From Octopus sinensis (taxonomy: Eukaryota): DNA of 64,000 bases. Numbering within the stretch: the first letter of the stretch is position 1; each line of letters opens with the position of its first letter. The DNA lies in NCBI RefSeq assembly GCF_006345805.1, contig NC_043002.1:118668001-118732000 (forward strand). The letters run 5' to 3'. A program made the position numbers and the translations under genes. Below are positions 48,070 through 61,599 of this stretch, piece by piece. The notes under the pieces are model-generated. The model saw nothing but the letters and a program-made list of their open reading frames with translations, ran no database searches and was not told where the DNA came from.

Positions 48070-48996
48070 TAATAATAACTATTTTAGTCACTTCTGTATC
48101 TAGCAACTGTTACACTATACTTACTTCCAAATGTAGGAGTGAACTTCCATTTTCTTTTCACAAACGTCAGTACATAACTTATAATAAATTAGGAAATAAA
48201 AGCTGCTAGTGAGTCTTACCTCATAATTCTGGCTAAAATAGAAAGGCAATATCAGTGAAACAAAACAAGATATTTATTTAGTAAATGAAACCAGTTATAT
48301 AGACCTGACCAACAAGTTATTTAACTGCTTTACATCTCAAAACGATTTGACACCTACAAACTACGTTTTTTGAGCCAATCCTTTAAAGAATTTTACTTTG
48401 GTTTGTCACCATCTGACTTAATTAGACAGTAACCAGCTGAATTTAAGAAAAATTGAGTAAATTAAAGATTTAAATAAATCTCTATATGAATTCACATTTC
48501 TTCATAAAGTTCTTGGAATTTGAATCTTAAATGTCACGTAGTTTCACTTTTCTAGAATTTTAGGCAACCTGATATGGTGTACAACACTTTCTAGTTAAAG
48601 CTATGAAACCAAAACTAATATGTCACTAGCAAGCAACCGACAAATCTTTTACTGCTATTGACCTCAAGTAATACTTCACAGGCAAAACCTATAACACATC
48701 CTACACATAAGAAACTGAAAGACTTTCCAGAACATCATTCATCAGTAGATCTAGAAATTAGTTGCATGAGTTTAGATAAGTTAAATATAACTTGCGAATA
48801 TCTACAAAATCAACAGAAAGGAATTTGAACAGAACATACTTCCAGACTATATTCCTAATAGAATATATTATGTGTTCCAATAAATAATTTTGATAATAAT
48901 CAAGAATTTTGAATGGTTTATTAATTTCTCTATTATTAAATCAGTGGATCAAACAACTTTAAAATTTCTGACATAAAATCATATTTGAATGTTTAA

Positions 48997-49217
48997 CCCA
49001 TTAGTGTTCACATTATTCTGCCAAAATTAATACTTCTTTATCCACATTGTTTTGAACTAACCAGGCATTATCTTGTAGCTTTGAGATTTTGATGAGGTAG
49101 CTGTTAATTTTTAAAACGACATTGTAGGGTTGGTATGAGAGACCAGATATGGCCAGTTTGAACATAAAACAGGCAGAATACTTTTGGCCAGATATGGCCG
49201 GTTTAAATGCTAAAGGG
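48997..49217. mobile_element. Second TTAA-flanked piggyBac-type MITE family (F2)
   Basis: TTAA CCCATTAG ... CTAAAGGG TTAA; degraded relatives near 5930-6080, 17940-18150, 18430-18650, 25000-25740 and 28230-28410. Confidence 0.75.
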
Positions 49218-50493
49218 TTAAACACAAACACTTTAAAGAGGATAATTCAGAAACATCACCAAAACCTACAAGTTTATCATATTACAGATTTCATATCATA
49301 AAACTCTGAGAAATCTCCGGCAAGTTAGTATGAAAACAATTTATCTTGTAAGGAGGTTCTTAATAAAAATTGGGACAACCTAAAGATGAGTTTAGTTCTA
49401 ACAACAATTGAAGAAAAGTGAGTCCATCGATATCAATTTAAATCTACAATTGCCAATTTCTCATCCCTAGAAACTTAAAACAATTAGAGAGTTCCCACTA
49501 TGAAAGAAGCTGTAGATCATCCAGCTTTGTTGTTATCAGGATCTAAGTTCAAATCCTGTTACAGTATGTATTTCCTTAGAGAATCTGCTTCAGACCTATA
49601 TGTTACAATATAATTGCGAAAGGGTTGCAAAGACAGAATATTTTATCTTTGAAATATTTCATAAAATCTAAAATATTCCTTACAGGCTTACTGAACAGTA
49701 ACCAACAATTAATACAAAGAAAAAACAAAGAATCAAATATCAATGTTATTAAATTTTTAGAAAGTACCCTTTTTTTTTTTTTTGTAAATATAGACACAGG
49801 CATGGCTGTGTGATTTAAAAATCTTGCTTTGTAACCACATAGTTTCAGGTACAGTCCTCTAACTGTGTGGCACTTGGGTAAACTGTCCTCTATTATAGCC
49901 CCAGGCCAACCAATGCCTTGTCAATAAATTTGGTAAATTGAAGCTGTGCAAAAGCCCATCTTACATGTGTGCATGTGCATGAGTGTGTGTGTGTGCGTCC
50001 CCACTCCATCACTGCTTGACAACTGATGTTGCTTTGTTTACATCCCAATAACATACCAGCTCAATAACAGACACTGATAGAATAAATATTGAATCAGTTT
50101 GTGCGACTAAAACCCTTTGAAGCAATGCCGTAGCATGGCCACAGTCCAATCACTGAAACAAATAAAATATAGTCAGAAATATTAAATTTCTAAATCTCTC
50201 ATAGAGACATGTGCGGTGGTGGGGCGATAGAATGGTTGTATACTGTCAATTTAACGTGAACGTGACAGTAGGGGGTTACACCACCTTCCTAGGGCTAAAC
50301 AAATAAAATATAAAATATCTAAAATATGGATTTGTGGTGGGGGGGGGTTACTGATTTGCCAAAATGACTAACAATGGTAAAAAGTAACCTCTGTATCGAG
50401 GGCTTTATTTAAGACAATAATGACAATGATTTCAAATTTTAGCACAAGGCAAGCAATTTAGAGGGAGGAGCAAGTTGATTACAACAACCCAGA

Positions 50494-50883
50494 TAAGGAT
50501 AAGGAGCACTCTGTCGGTTACGACGATGAGGGTCCCAGCTGATATGATCAACGGAACAGCTTGCTCGTGGAATTAACGTGCAAGTGGCTGAGCACTCCAC
50601 AGACACGTGTACCCTTAACGTAGTTCTCGAGGAGATTCAGCGTGACACAGAGAGTAACAAGGCTGGCCCTTTGAAATACAGGTACAACAAAAACAGGAAG
50701 TAAGAGTAAGAGAAAGTTGTGGTGAAAGAGTACAGCAGGGTTCACTACCATCCCTGCCGGAGCCTCATGGAGCTTTAGGTGTTTTCGCTCAATAAACACT
50801 CACAATGCCCGGTCTGGGAATCGAAACCGCGATCCTACGACCGCGAGTCCGCTGCCCTAACCACTGGGCCATTGCGCCTCCAC
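50494..50883 (-). mobile_element. SINE family B (tail type 1)
   Basis: 14-bp TSD TACAACAACCCAGA (50480-93 / 50884-97). Confidence 0.88.
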
Positions 50884-51612
50884 TACAACAACCCAGAACT
50901 CAACTGGTAAAAGAATGAAGGCAACATCATCTCAGCAGAATTTAAACTGAGAATGTAAAAAGGCAGAGGAAACGCAACAAAGCAATCTGACTGACATACT
51001 AATGATTCTGCCAGCTCACTAGCTGAGGCACAGTCATGATAACAGCACCATGAGAATAAGAGTCCAACTAAAAGGACTCCTTACTCACCAGCAAATAAGA
51101 TTCATTGATAAGTTGTTAGATTAGTTACCTTCAAATTCTGCCACTAAACTATATAAAGTAAAACACTACGGATTTGTAGAATCAAGTTTAATTAAATATC
51201 TGATTACTTCTCATGTTGACACATAAGTAACACATGGAATACTAATTCCAAAAGAAAGTATCAGAAGTCAATCATTTAAAAGATTTATAAATTCATTAAG
51301 CACTAATACACTTTAGAAAACATTAATTAGAGCTTTTTTTTTTTTCTTCTTTACTTTCTTTCTTGTCTCACTTCATCTTGAAGAAATTGGATACAAAAGA
51401 AAATCTGTTTTTTTTAAGCTATAGTAATAGATAATTTGGCTGGTTTGTATGCTTAACATACTACCAAGGATTGGACAGGGACTTTATGACCAAATGCTGT
51501 TTTGCAAGCAGGGTTTGTTTTTTGGGTTTTTCTTTAATTTTTTTTATTCCATGTGCTTTTTAAAGCAACATGTCAATGTTAATAAAGAATGTAAATATCA
51601 TATCACCATTTC

Positions 51613-51651
<39 letters not shown>

Positions 51652-51664
51652 CATATATATGTAT

Positions 51665-51872
51665 GTATAGAAATGTACTCGCATAGCAAGTGATTTGATC
51701 TGAGATCGTGTGCTGGAACGAAAACAATTGCAGTGTGGAAGGTGTTTGTAAGCCATTTAAGAAACACACGATGAAAATATTTTGACAAATTAAACTTAAA
51801 TGTTGAAGTGAATCAAACGGCTTTTGTGTGTTTCTTAAATGGCTTACCAACACCTTCCACGCTGCAATTGTT
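51665..51872. mobile_element. Long-TIR foldback/MITE-like element; another arm copy at about 46459-46562
   Basis: 47-nt arms 51723-51769 / 51826-51872 with 2 mismatches. Confidence 0.6.
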
Positions 51873-52159
51873 ATATATGTATGTATATATATATATACAC
51901 CTTTTACTTGTTTCAGCCATCAGTCAAATAAATCAGCTGCAGTACTGATTATTTTAAACTTGGTACTTATTCTATCATCCCTTTGGCCGAACTGCTAAGC
52001 TATAGAGACATAAGCATACCGATACCAGTTGTTAAGAGGTGGTGGGGGACAAAAAGACACACATTTATATATATATATATAAAGATATATATATATATAT
52101 ATATATATGGTGCTTCAGCAAGGCCGCAGTCAAATAACTCAAACAAGTAAAAGAATAAA

Positions 52160-53150
52160 AGAATATATATAGGCACAGGAAATGGTTGTGCAGTAAGAAG
52201 CACCTTGGGTAAATGTCTTCTACTATAGCCTCAGGCCAACCAAAGCTTTCTGAGAGAATTTGGTAGATGGAAACTGAAAGAAGCCAGTCTCTGTGTGTGT
52301 GTGCTTGTCCCCTACAATTGCTTGACAACCAATGTTGGTGTGTCTACATCCCCATAAATTAGCAGGTCAGCAAAAGATACTGATAGAATAAATACTAGGT
52401 TTATAGAGCGTAAGTCCTGGGGTCAATTTCTTCAACTAAAGGTGGTGCTCTAGCATGTCCACAGTCAAATGACTGAAACAAGAATAAAGAAATAAAAGAA
52501 TATATATATATATTCTTTTATTCTTTTGCTTGTTTCTGTCATATGACTGCAGCCATGCTGGAGCACCCCCTTTAGTCAAGCAAATCAACCCCAGGACTTA
52601 TTCCTTGTAAGCCTAGTACTTATTCTATTTGTCTCTTTTGCTATATCGCTAAGTTATGGGGACATAAACACCAGCATCAGTTGTCAAGCAATGTTGTGGC
52701 AATAAAAACATACATATATATATATATATATATCATCATCATCATCATCGTTTAACGTCCGCTTTCCATGCTAGCATGGGTTGGACGGTTCAACTGGGGT
52801 CTGGGGAGCCCGAAGGCTGCATCAGGCCAGTCAGATCTGGCAGTGTTTCTACAGCTGGATGCCCTTCCTAACGCCAACCACTCCGAGAGTGTAGTGGGTG
52901 ATTTTATGTGCCACCGGCACAGGTGCCAGATGGAGCTGGCGAACGGCCACGCTCGGATGGTGTTTATATATATATATATATATACACATATATACGATGG
53001 GCTTCTTCCAATTTCCATCTACTAAATCTACTCACAAGGCTTTGGTCGGCCTGAGGCTATAGAAGACACTTGCCCAAGGCGTCACACAGTGGAACTGAAC
53101 CCAGAACGATGTGGTTAGGAAGTAAGCATCTTACCACACAGCTATGTCTG
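52160..53150. mobile_element. Tail-to-tail SINE A pair (plus about 52160-52500, minus about 52511-53150) with family C (about 52734-52962) inserted in the minus copy
   Basis: Tails meet at AAAAGAA(TA)nTTCTTTT. Confidence 0.8.
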
Positions 53151-54051
53151 CACATACATAAATAGATGTACACAGCACATATACTCATGCACACAGACTG
53201 CCATGCAGTTTGGTTGAACATATTCACTCACAAAAGCACTGACTGACCCAGGGCTATGGTAAAAGACATTTGCCCAAGGTGCTAAACAGTAGGACTGAAC
53301 CCAAAACCACATGGTTGCAATGCAAATTTTTTGTCTGTAACTAAAGCTGATGCTTACAGTACCTAAGTCTTCTAAGTGGTGAGAAAGTGTGCTTTCAACA
53401 TAACAGACAAGTCATCTATCTGTAATACATTAAAAGTCAGTTTGAATCTTGCTTGCTATGTTACCCAAACTGGCACATGATTGGAAAATACTATGAATCA
53501 AGTCTACCCTGAAATGTTAATACAAATGGAATGAAACAAGTTTCACATAAATCAGAGCAGTAGTTATTGAGATATTCAGGGTTTAGGGGTATAAATACCC
53601 AAAACGGTGCATAATGGGAAAAGGTTCCAAATATAACTTCACCCAAGCGGGAAGAAACTCTAACCTTTTGATCAGACAGTGATTTGACAATGAAAAATGA
53701 TTCGTTTTTCTTACAGTAAATGTTTCTATTTTCGCTTTTGCTAAACACAATATTTTAATCATTTAGAAATATTTTTAAGTGAATATGATTTCAATAATGT
53801 AAGTTGTTTGTACAGTAAGTATTTATATTTTAGCTTTCTTTAAACAGACAATATTTTTATGTTTTTTTTTTACTATTTTCAAGTGAATATCATTACAAAA
53901 AATTGTTTTGGCATATTTAAAAATATTTTAAAGTGAAAATGACTTTAAAAATACAGTAAATATTTTGTAAAAGACCTGTTTGTAACCTCTTTGTGAAATT
54001 TTTTTTTTTTCCATATTTTTTTTTGAGTACATTCAACATATCTCACCTCCA

Positions 54052-54168
54052 AAGAATTGGCTGCTATTTCTAGTACGCCCTGCTACCACGTAACAGCTAT
54101 CTGTGATAAAAGACCCAAAATACCTGTTACGTGGTAGCAAGGCCTGCAAGAAATAGCAGCCAAATCTT
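54052..54168. other. Hairpin with 40-nt core arms (36/40) and 27-nt loop
   Basis: 54057-54096 vs the reverse complement of 54124-54163. Confidence 0.88.
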
Positions 54169-54962
54169 TCCTTTTCTGGGGAATACCATTTTATGTGTGA
54201 TTTCAATGTCACATTCATTGAAAACGTGAAATAACCTGGAAAAGATAAAGTCCATGAAACAAACCTCCATTGCTGGGAAACTCAGAGTTTTCCAGTGACC
54301 CAACGGGTTACAGGTAGTCTAGTATTAATTAAAACCAATCACCAGTTCTTAGTGATATGATGGATCATTTGGTATCCATAGTTGATGATATGCAAAAACA
54401 CAGAAATGCATACACCCTAAGATGTAATGATATCATTCATGTTTCAATGGTGTTTTTCACATATACTATCTATAAGGTAAATTTTCCCCCTAAAGTGCTA
54501 AAAAAATTTGTGTGTGTATGTATGTGTGTATATATACATACATACATACACACACACATATATTACTCCAGTTTTAGCAATAATAAAACTACCAGCTGAA
54601 ATAATTACAAAACTAACCTCTAATCAGAAATGTCCTGTTTCATATCACAAATTAAAATCTATTAGCAGAGAAATGTGAGTAGCAAATTATTCTTGCTGTT
54701 CTATTTCACAATTATTTATAAAGACTGAAACTATCAAAAAATCATTTTCCATTTTTTCCTTTTTTTGTTCTTCTTATATCAAAATTTATTCGCATACCAC
54801 TGATATCTAGACTCATTAATAGAGTTTTATCATTTGATAACAGTTTGGAAAATGTAGGGTTTATCATATTATTGAGAGGAATTTAAGGAATTGTTTTTGC
54901 ATCTACTTAGCAATTCAACACCTCAAAAAGAGGTTATCTGTCTTTTATCTATCTTTTCATGT

Positions 54963-55349
54963 GTGGAGGCGCAATGGCCCAGTGGTTAGGGCAGCGGACT
55001 CGCGGTCGTAGGATCGCGTTTTCGATTCCCAGACCGAGCGTTGTGAGTGCTTATTGAGCGAAAACACCTAAAGCTCCACGAGGCTCCGGCAGGGGATGGT
55101 GGTGATCCCTGCTGTACTATTTCACCACAACTTTCTCTCACTCTTACTTCCTGTTTCTGTTGTACCTGTATTTCAAAGGCCAGCCTTGTCACTCTCTGTG
55201 TCACGCTGAATATCCCCGAGAACTACGTTAAGGGTACACGTGTCTGTGGAGTGCTCAGCCACTTACACGTTAATTTCACGCGCAGGCTGTTCCGTTGATT
55301 GGATCAACTGGAACCCTCGTCGTCATAACCGACGGAGTGCTTCCATTCC
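54963..55349 (+). mobile_element. SINE family B (tail type 1)
   Basis: 12-bp TSD ATCTTTTCATGT. Confidence 0.88.
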
Positions 55350-56681
55350 ATCTTTTCATGTTTAGTCATTAGACTGCAGCCATGCTGAGGCACCTTTAAG
55401 GGTCTGAGTTAAACAAACCAAGTCCAGTCCTTCTCTTTGGCTAAACTACTAAATTATGAAGATGCAAACAAACCAACATTGGTAATCAAGTGATTGTAGG
55501 AGTGAGGGGGTGACAAACACAGACACAAACACATACAACAGCTTCTACACAGTTACTCTCAAGCAAATTCATTTACAAGGCATTGGGTAGCTCAGGGGCT
55601 TCGGTACCAGAAGGTGTAGCACAGAGGGACTGAACTCTAATCAACTGAAATAATATCTATAATGGGAAGATAAGTCATCAGCGTTAATGACAATTCTTTC
55701 CAGGGAGAATTCTTGCAAGGGAGAAAACTCCAAAATCCAAATTGATTAAAAATTTAATGAAGATACGCAATGCTGAATGAATCTGATCTATGGTAGTAAC
55801 AATGACAACTCCAGAAATGTTTCAGTCTTATTAGATCTCTTCAGTAAAGTATAGTACAAAATCTAATTATTGTAACTCCCAGAACTTAGAATGACATTCA
55901 GAGGACATAGCTATTTTTTTTACAAAAGTTATGTCTGATTACAGAATTCTGATTACAGAATTTTAATGACATTGAAAAATCTCCCCAAGGATGCTTTCTG
56001 CATGAAGACTATACAGTTAAGTTGGGAATACCATAATGTAGTGAGCCAAAAAGAATCTTTGAAACAATTGAAATTACAGCCATTATAAGAATTTACTTCA
56101 TTCTATGTTCTTAAGGCAGAAGGCATCCTTGAGTATTTTTTGCTAATAAACTAAATTACTAAGGCAAACAATAATTACTATGCATCACTCCCATTTCATG
56201 CTAAAGTTATATATATTAGTATTATAAATATATTTGTATACACCTGTAAAATTCCTACTCACAATAAGTATGTAAACCTTCCCAGTTCCATTTATCAACT
56301 CAGTGGCATGAAAATAAATCTAATATACAAGAATAAAAACAAATGACTATACAACTTTTAAATAAACACTCATAAATAAAATTTATGATTACCAACTAAC
56401 CTATTACACAACCTTCAACATTATATCTTAACATCAATATTCATGCTCTCGTACCCATGTTTTATACAGGTCAAGGAAAACTGGGCTTTTTCCATGTCTT
56501 TCTTGTAAGTCCTCAATTCTATTTCTGTTATATATAATTTATATAATATATTTACTCAAACAGACTTAGTAAGCCCAACTGAAGGAGAGTAGCACTTTAT
56601 TAAGAAGAGTTTTTAAACATTTTTTCATGCTATGCTCAACAATGACAAAGACTTGGAGTTGACAAACAAATTATTATTATT

Positions 56682-57070
56682 CTCTTACTCTTTTACTTGT
56701 TTCAGTCATTTGACTGTGGCCATGCTGGAGCACCGCCTTTAGTCAAGCAAATCGACCCCGGGACTTATTCTTTGTAAGCCCAGTACTTATTCTATCGGTC
56801 TCTTTTGCCGAACCGCTAAGTGACGGGGACGTAAACACACCAGCATCGGTTGTCAAGCAATGCTAGGGGGACAAACACAGACACACACACATACATATAT
56901 ATACATATATATGACAGGCTTCTTTCAGTTTCCGTCTACCAAATCCACTCACAAGGCATTGGTCGGCCCAGGGCTATAGCAGAAGACACTTGCCCAAGAT
57001 GCCACGCAGTGGGACTGAACCCGGAACCATGTGGTTGGTTAGCAAGCTACTTACCACACAGCCACTCCTG
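56682..57070 (-). mobile_element. SINE family A
   Basis: Pattern match; followed by a diverged D copy at about 57071-57245. Confidence 0.9.
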
Positions 57071-57260
57071 AGGTGGAATACTGGCAGACTTGTTAGCACA
57101 TCAGACAAAATGCTTAGCGGCATTTCATCCATCTTTACATTCAAGTTCAAATTCCAATAAGGTTGACTTTACTTTTCATCCTTTCAGGGTTGATGAAATA
57201 TGTACCAGTTGAGCAATGGAGTCAATGTAATTGACTAGTTCCCCTTCCTCTAAATTTCAG

Positions 57261-57580
57261 GCCCGCCGGTGGCACGTAAAAGCACCATCCGTTCGTGGCC
57301 ATTGCCAGCCTCGCCTGGCCCCCATGCCAGTGGCACGTAAAAAGCACCTACCGATCGTGGCCGTTCGCCAGCCCCGTCTGGCACCTGTGCGGGTGGCACG
57401 TAAAAAGCACCCACTACACTCATGGAGTGGTTGGCGTTAGGAAGGGCATCCAGCCGTAGAAACATTGCCAGATCAGACTGGGCCTGGTGCAGCCTTCTGG
57501 CTTCCCGGACCCCAGTTGAACCGTTCAACCCATGCCAGCATGGAAAGCAGACGCTAAACGATTATGATGATGATGATGAT
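57261..57580 (+). mobile_element. Family C retroposon, 3 units
   Basis: Tandem head, body, (GAT)n tail. Confidence 0.82.
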
Positions 57581-58232
57581 ACTGCATCAAATAAAATGCT
57601 TTGTGTTTTTTTTTCTAGCTCTTTATATTCTTTGTTTAACTCTCATTAAGGTTAACTTTGCCTTTTCTACTTCTAAGGCTGAAAATATAAAGTACCTGTC
57701 AAGTATTGGGGCCAATTTAATCAACTTGTTCCCTCAAAATTACACGCCTTCAACCTAAATTAAAAACAGTGTTATCATTTCACATCGTAGTCGGAGAGCA
57801 TTACAGCTGATTTTAATTAGACCAGTACTGACTACTACATTATTTGAGATCATACAGTGAATTCCAAAGAAAGGGTTTAATATCAGGAAGAGAATACAAT
57901 TTTGCTCTGAGACAGGAATAAACTAGGCTCAAAATAAAATAGTCAGTGGAGTTGTCCAAAATTCTATTTAGATATTCTGCAATAAAGTAAGCAACTTGTG
58001 ATTGACTATACAAATATGTTTAGAGGACAAATGGTACAGTGTCTCAGTCCCCAACATATCAATAAAGCTATGTGTTGGAAATTTAAAGGTCTTATTTACG
58101 AACAGTTAAATATTTGGAAGAGCTAGAAATTAACAAGGAAACTACCAGAAAAATCTGAACTATGTCCACTAAACTGAAATATATTTCATTTATTTAATTT
58201 GTAACATTGTCAAAATGTAACAAGAATAAGAA

Positions 58233-58633
58233 ATCTTTATATATAAAAGAGAGGTTGTGTGTCTGTCTCCTACGATTTAGATTCCTAACTAATCTTACAT
58301 TTTGCGGTGCAGTTTAACCAAAACCGGGTATCTTATAGTCGTGATTCATATCGAGCCCTTCTGGGTATTAGCGCGCGTCTACAATGAGTCTACGATTTTA
58401 AAAAAAATTTACCATCATTTTTTTTCCATTTTAATGCATTTTATTCGCTATTAATAAGGGAAGTAAGTCTCTAAAAATGTCTACGATGAGTCAACGATTT
58501 TTAAAAAATTTACCATAATTTTTTTTCCATTTTTAATGCATTTTTTTGCTATTTTTTGGCTATAACTCTCTAAAAATGCTTATATAGTTATTTCCCTTAC
58601 AAACCCGAGCAATGCCGGGCGATACTGCTAGTA
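58233..58633 (-). mobile_element. Family E
   Basis: Reverse-complement copy. Confidence 0.65.
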
Positions 58634-58759
58634 CTAACATAAGATATGATCAAACAATAATCTTCTTTCCCTCACATTATTCTCATTTTTCATTTTGGAA
58701 ACATACACACATGCTATCTTCAGTAATAAAAAGAAAGGACTGTGTCAATGATAATACCT

Positions 58760-58816
58760 TCCTTCCTCTCACCAGTTTCAGATTCTCAGGGAATCTGAAA
58801 CTGGTGAGAGGGAGGA
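58760..58816. other. 57-nt near-perfect hairpin (26-bp stem, 5-nt loop)
   Basis: TCCTTCCTCTCACCAGTTTCAGATTC-TCAGG-GAATCTGAAACTGGTGAGAGGGAGGA; one T.G pair. Confidence 0.9.
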
Positions 58817-61274
58817 TGATATCATCAAATTACAGACCTCGCCCAAAAGCTTACAATAGAGTGGACTGCACTAAAGGCAGCCAGAGACCAGCTGGTGGTC
58901 TTCAACTGAGCAACAAATTAAATTTAACACTCAAGTAGACCCTGGCAAGATTTGAACTCAGAATGCTAAGAGCTAGAATATGGTCTTTCATCCTAGGCTA
59001 GTATGTTATTTATTGACCCCAGAAGGATGAAAGGTAACTCTGACCTTGACTATTTCAACTTGGAATACAAGAAACTGGAATACTGCAAAGCATTTTGCAA
59101 GTTTATACAGATAAATTACAAAACATAGCTTATAAAAAATTATAATCATTCCTCTTTTGGTACAGGAATGATGACAATGAGAACCTAAACAATGAAGAAA
59201 TTATAATCCTCTCCTTAGTATTTTGCCCTTTGATACCGTAATTTATTTACATTACATTACAGATGAGTGTTGACACACGGAGATGGTATCAGTGAATGAA
59301 AATAGTTTTTAAAATTTATCTTGACATTTATGAGAGGCAATAGAATCATCTTGATTATGATATGACCTCAATCACAGAAGATAAGGAGTCATTGTGATAC
59401 GATCTTAAATGTTGAAGATAAGATGTTGCTCATCAAACTAGATGAATGCTATGAAGGTGCAACCACTGAAATTCATTTTAAGATGGGTTTAATTTTTTAA
59501 AGAACTGATATCATTCCTTATCCCAACACATTTTGCTTCATATTCTAAAAACCTGCTACATTCCTAAAATTGTAATCTAAAAATTACTAATTACACTTCA
59601 TTTCTGTTGTCAAATAATTGAATGAAAGGCAGGCATCAAAAAAGAGACAGATAAAAATTTCAATAATTCTAAAAATTTCTTCATAAACAGAATGCTCTTC
59701 AAATTATATCAACCCTTCACTAGATAAGAATAATGTGTCTTATCTAACAATACAAGTGTAATTTATGGATTTCAAATAATGGTCTGTAGACAATTATCTA
59801 AACATCTTAACTAGCCAGTTATAATTAACACAACAATCACACACTAATTTCTGGAGAAAATCTCAAAAATTGAAGCACATACTTTCATTCCTTTCTGAGA
59901 TGAAAAAAAATATTTGCAAAACAAGGCCTTGCATGCATAAAAAAAAATGTAGTATTTATGCTTTTTAGCTAAGTCATGCAGAGAACCATTTGAAACCTGA
60001 AAGCTAGGTACAAAGTCACCATACTACTTCCCAAGATAGTTTCATATATTACACAAACACACACTTTTAAAAGAAGTGTAAAATATCTTATTTTGCATGC
60101 AAAAAGCTTGTTCACCATGTTAATAGGGTCATTCTTAAAATCAGAATTATTCAATTCTTTTTAGTTTGTATTCATTTTGTTGTACATTTTATTAAGATCT
60201 TGCAAGAATATTTTTAGGTTAACAAATTAAGCGAATAACTTATAGACTTTAAAAAAAAAATATTTGAAATTAAAAAAAAATAACATCTTTCTTTAAACAA
60301 GAACAGATAGTTACGTTTAATATCATAGCTAAAAAGAAAACTATAAAAACATGACCTAGTTAACAGACATCCAAGATATTTTTCCCTTAGAGACCTCTCC
60401 TACCTGATTTTCTCAGTCCAGGGTTGATAAAAATTAGGTCAATATACCAACTTGTTAGCATCCAGCTGATTAAATACTAGTATTCAAACTTCAGGTTTTG
60501 TAGGATAGGATAAGAGCAATTTTAAGAAAATAATACACTGGGGTATTTGGACATGATAGAAATATATAAATTCATTGCTTTGAAATACACTGTTTTTCCT
60601 GCAGTTAATTTTGAAAATAACAAAGAATTTATTGAAATAACTTTGTCGATATTAAGCTCACATTTGTAACAAATTAACATGAAAGTTTCAAGGAAGTTTT
60701 AATTTAGATCACTATTTTTCTCAGCAGTTTGATAAAAGAGACAGACAGAATAAGTACCAATCTAAAAACTAAATATTAGAATCAATTTGTTCAACTAAAT
60801 CTTTTAAGGCAGTGCCCCAGCATGGCCACAGTTTAATAACTGAAGCAAGTAAAAGATAAAATAAATATATAAAACCTCTTGAAAGAAATGACATTTCTGT
60901 AAGAGGGTTTGTTGGAGCAATTGGTCCAATAAAGCCGATTCTAAAGTTACTTTCTACACAGTTTCTCTTGTATACATTCCCCTTGATAGTTTGCATTTTT
61001 CTTTGCTTTCCAGTTTACAGACCTCCATATTTGGTCTAGTGCTAAGTATCAGATATGTCTTAAATAAACCATACACATTCTAGGGCTAGCTCTGTGAAGA
61101 ATAAGTGTGTTGAACTGTCCAAAAGATTTACGATGTAAACATAACATCCTATGGTCAGATGACAAGTCAATGAGAAGACTTGTACATGGCCAGGTTACAA
61201 ATAGCAGCAACATTTCTCTGAAGCTACACTTTAAAATCTTGAAATTGGAAAGAATACATTATATAAAATAGTTA

Positions 61275-61599
61275 CCTGGCCCCCGTGCCAGTGGCACTTA
61301 AAAAGCACCATCCGATCGTGGCCATTGCCAGCCTCACCTGGCCCCCGTGCCAGTGGCATGTAAAAAGCACCATCCATCCGTGGCTGTTTGCCAGCTCCGT
61401 CTGGCACCTGTGCGGGTGGCACATAAAAAGCACCCACTACACTCACGGAGTGGTTGGCGTTAGGAAAGGCATCCAGTCATAGAAACACTGCCAGATCAGA
61501 CTGGGCCTGATGCAGCCTTCTGGCTTCACAGACCCCAGTTGAACCGTCCAACCCATGCTAGCATGGAAAGCGGACGCTAAATGATGATGATGATGATGA
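61275..61599 (+). mobile_element. Family C retroposon, 3 units
   Basis: Tandem head, body, (GAT)n tail. Confidence 0.82.

Noticed and set aside
50228-50292. Hairpins followed by CTAG resembling a Helitron 3' end
   Set aside because: Weak stem, no matching 5' end or second copy in the window.
53490-54000. Possible non-autonomous DNA transposon interior
   Set aside because: No TIR, TSD or second copy identifiable, so it cannot be supported.
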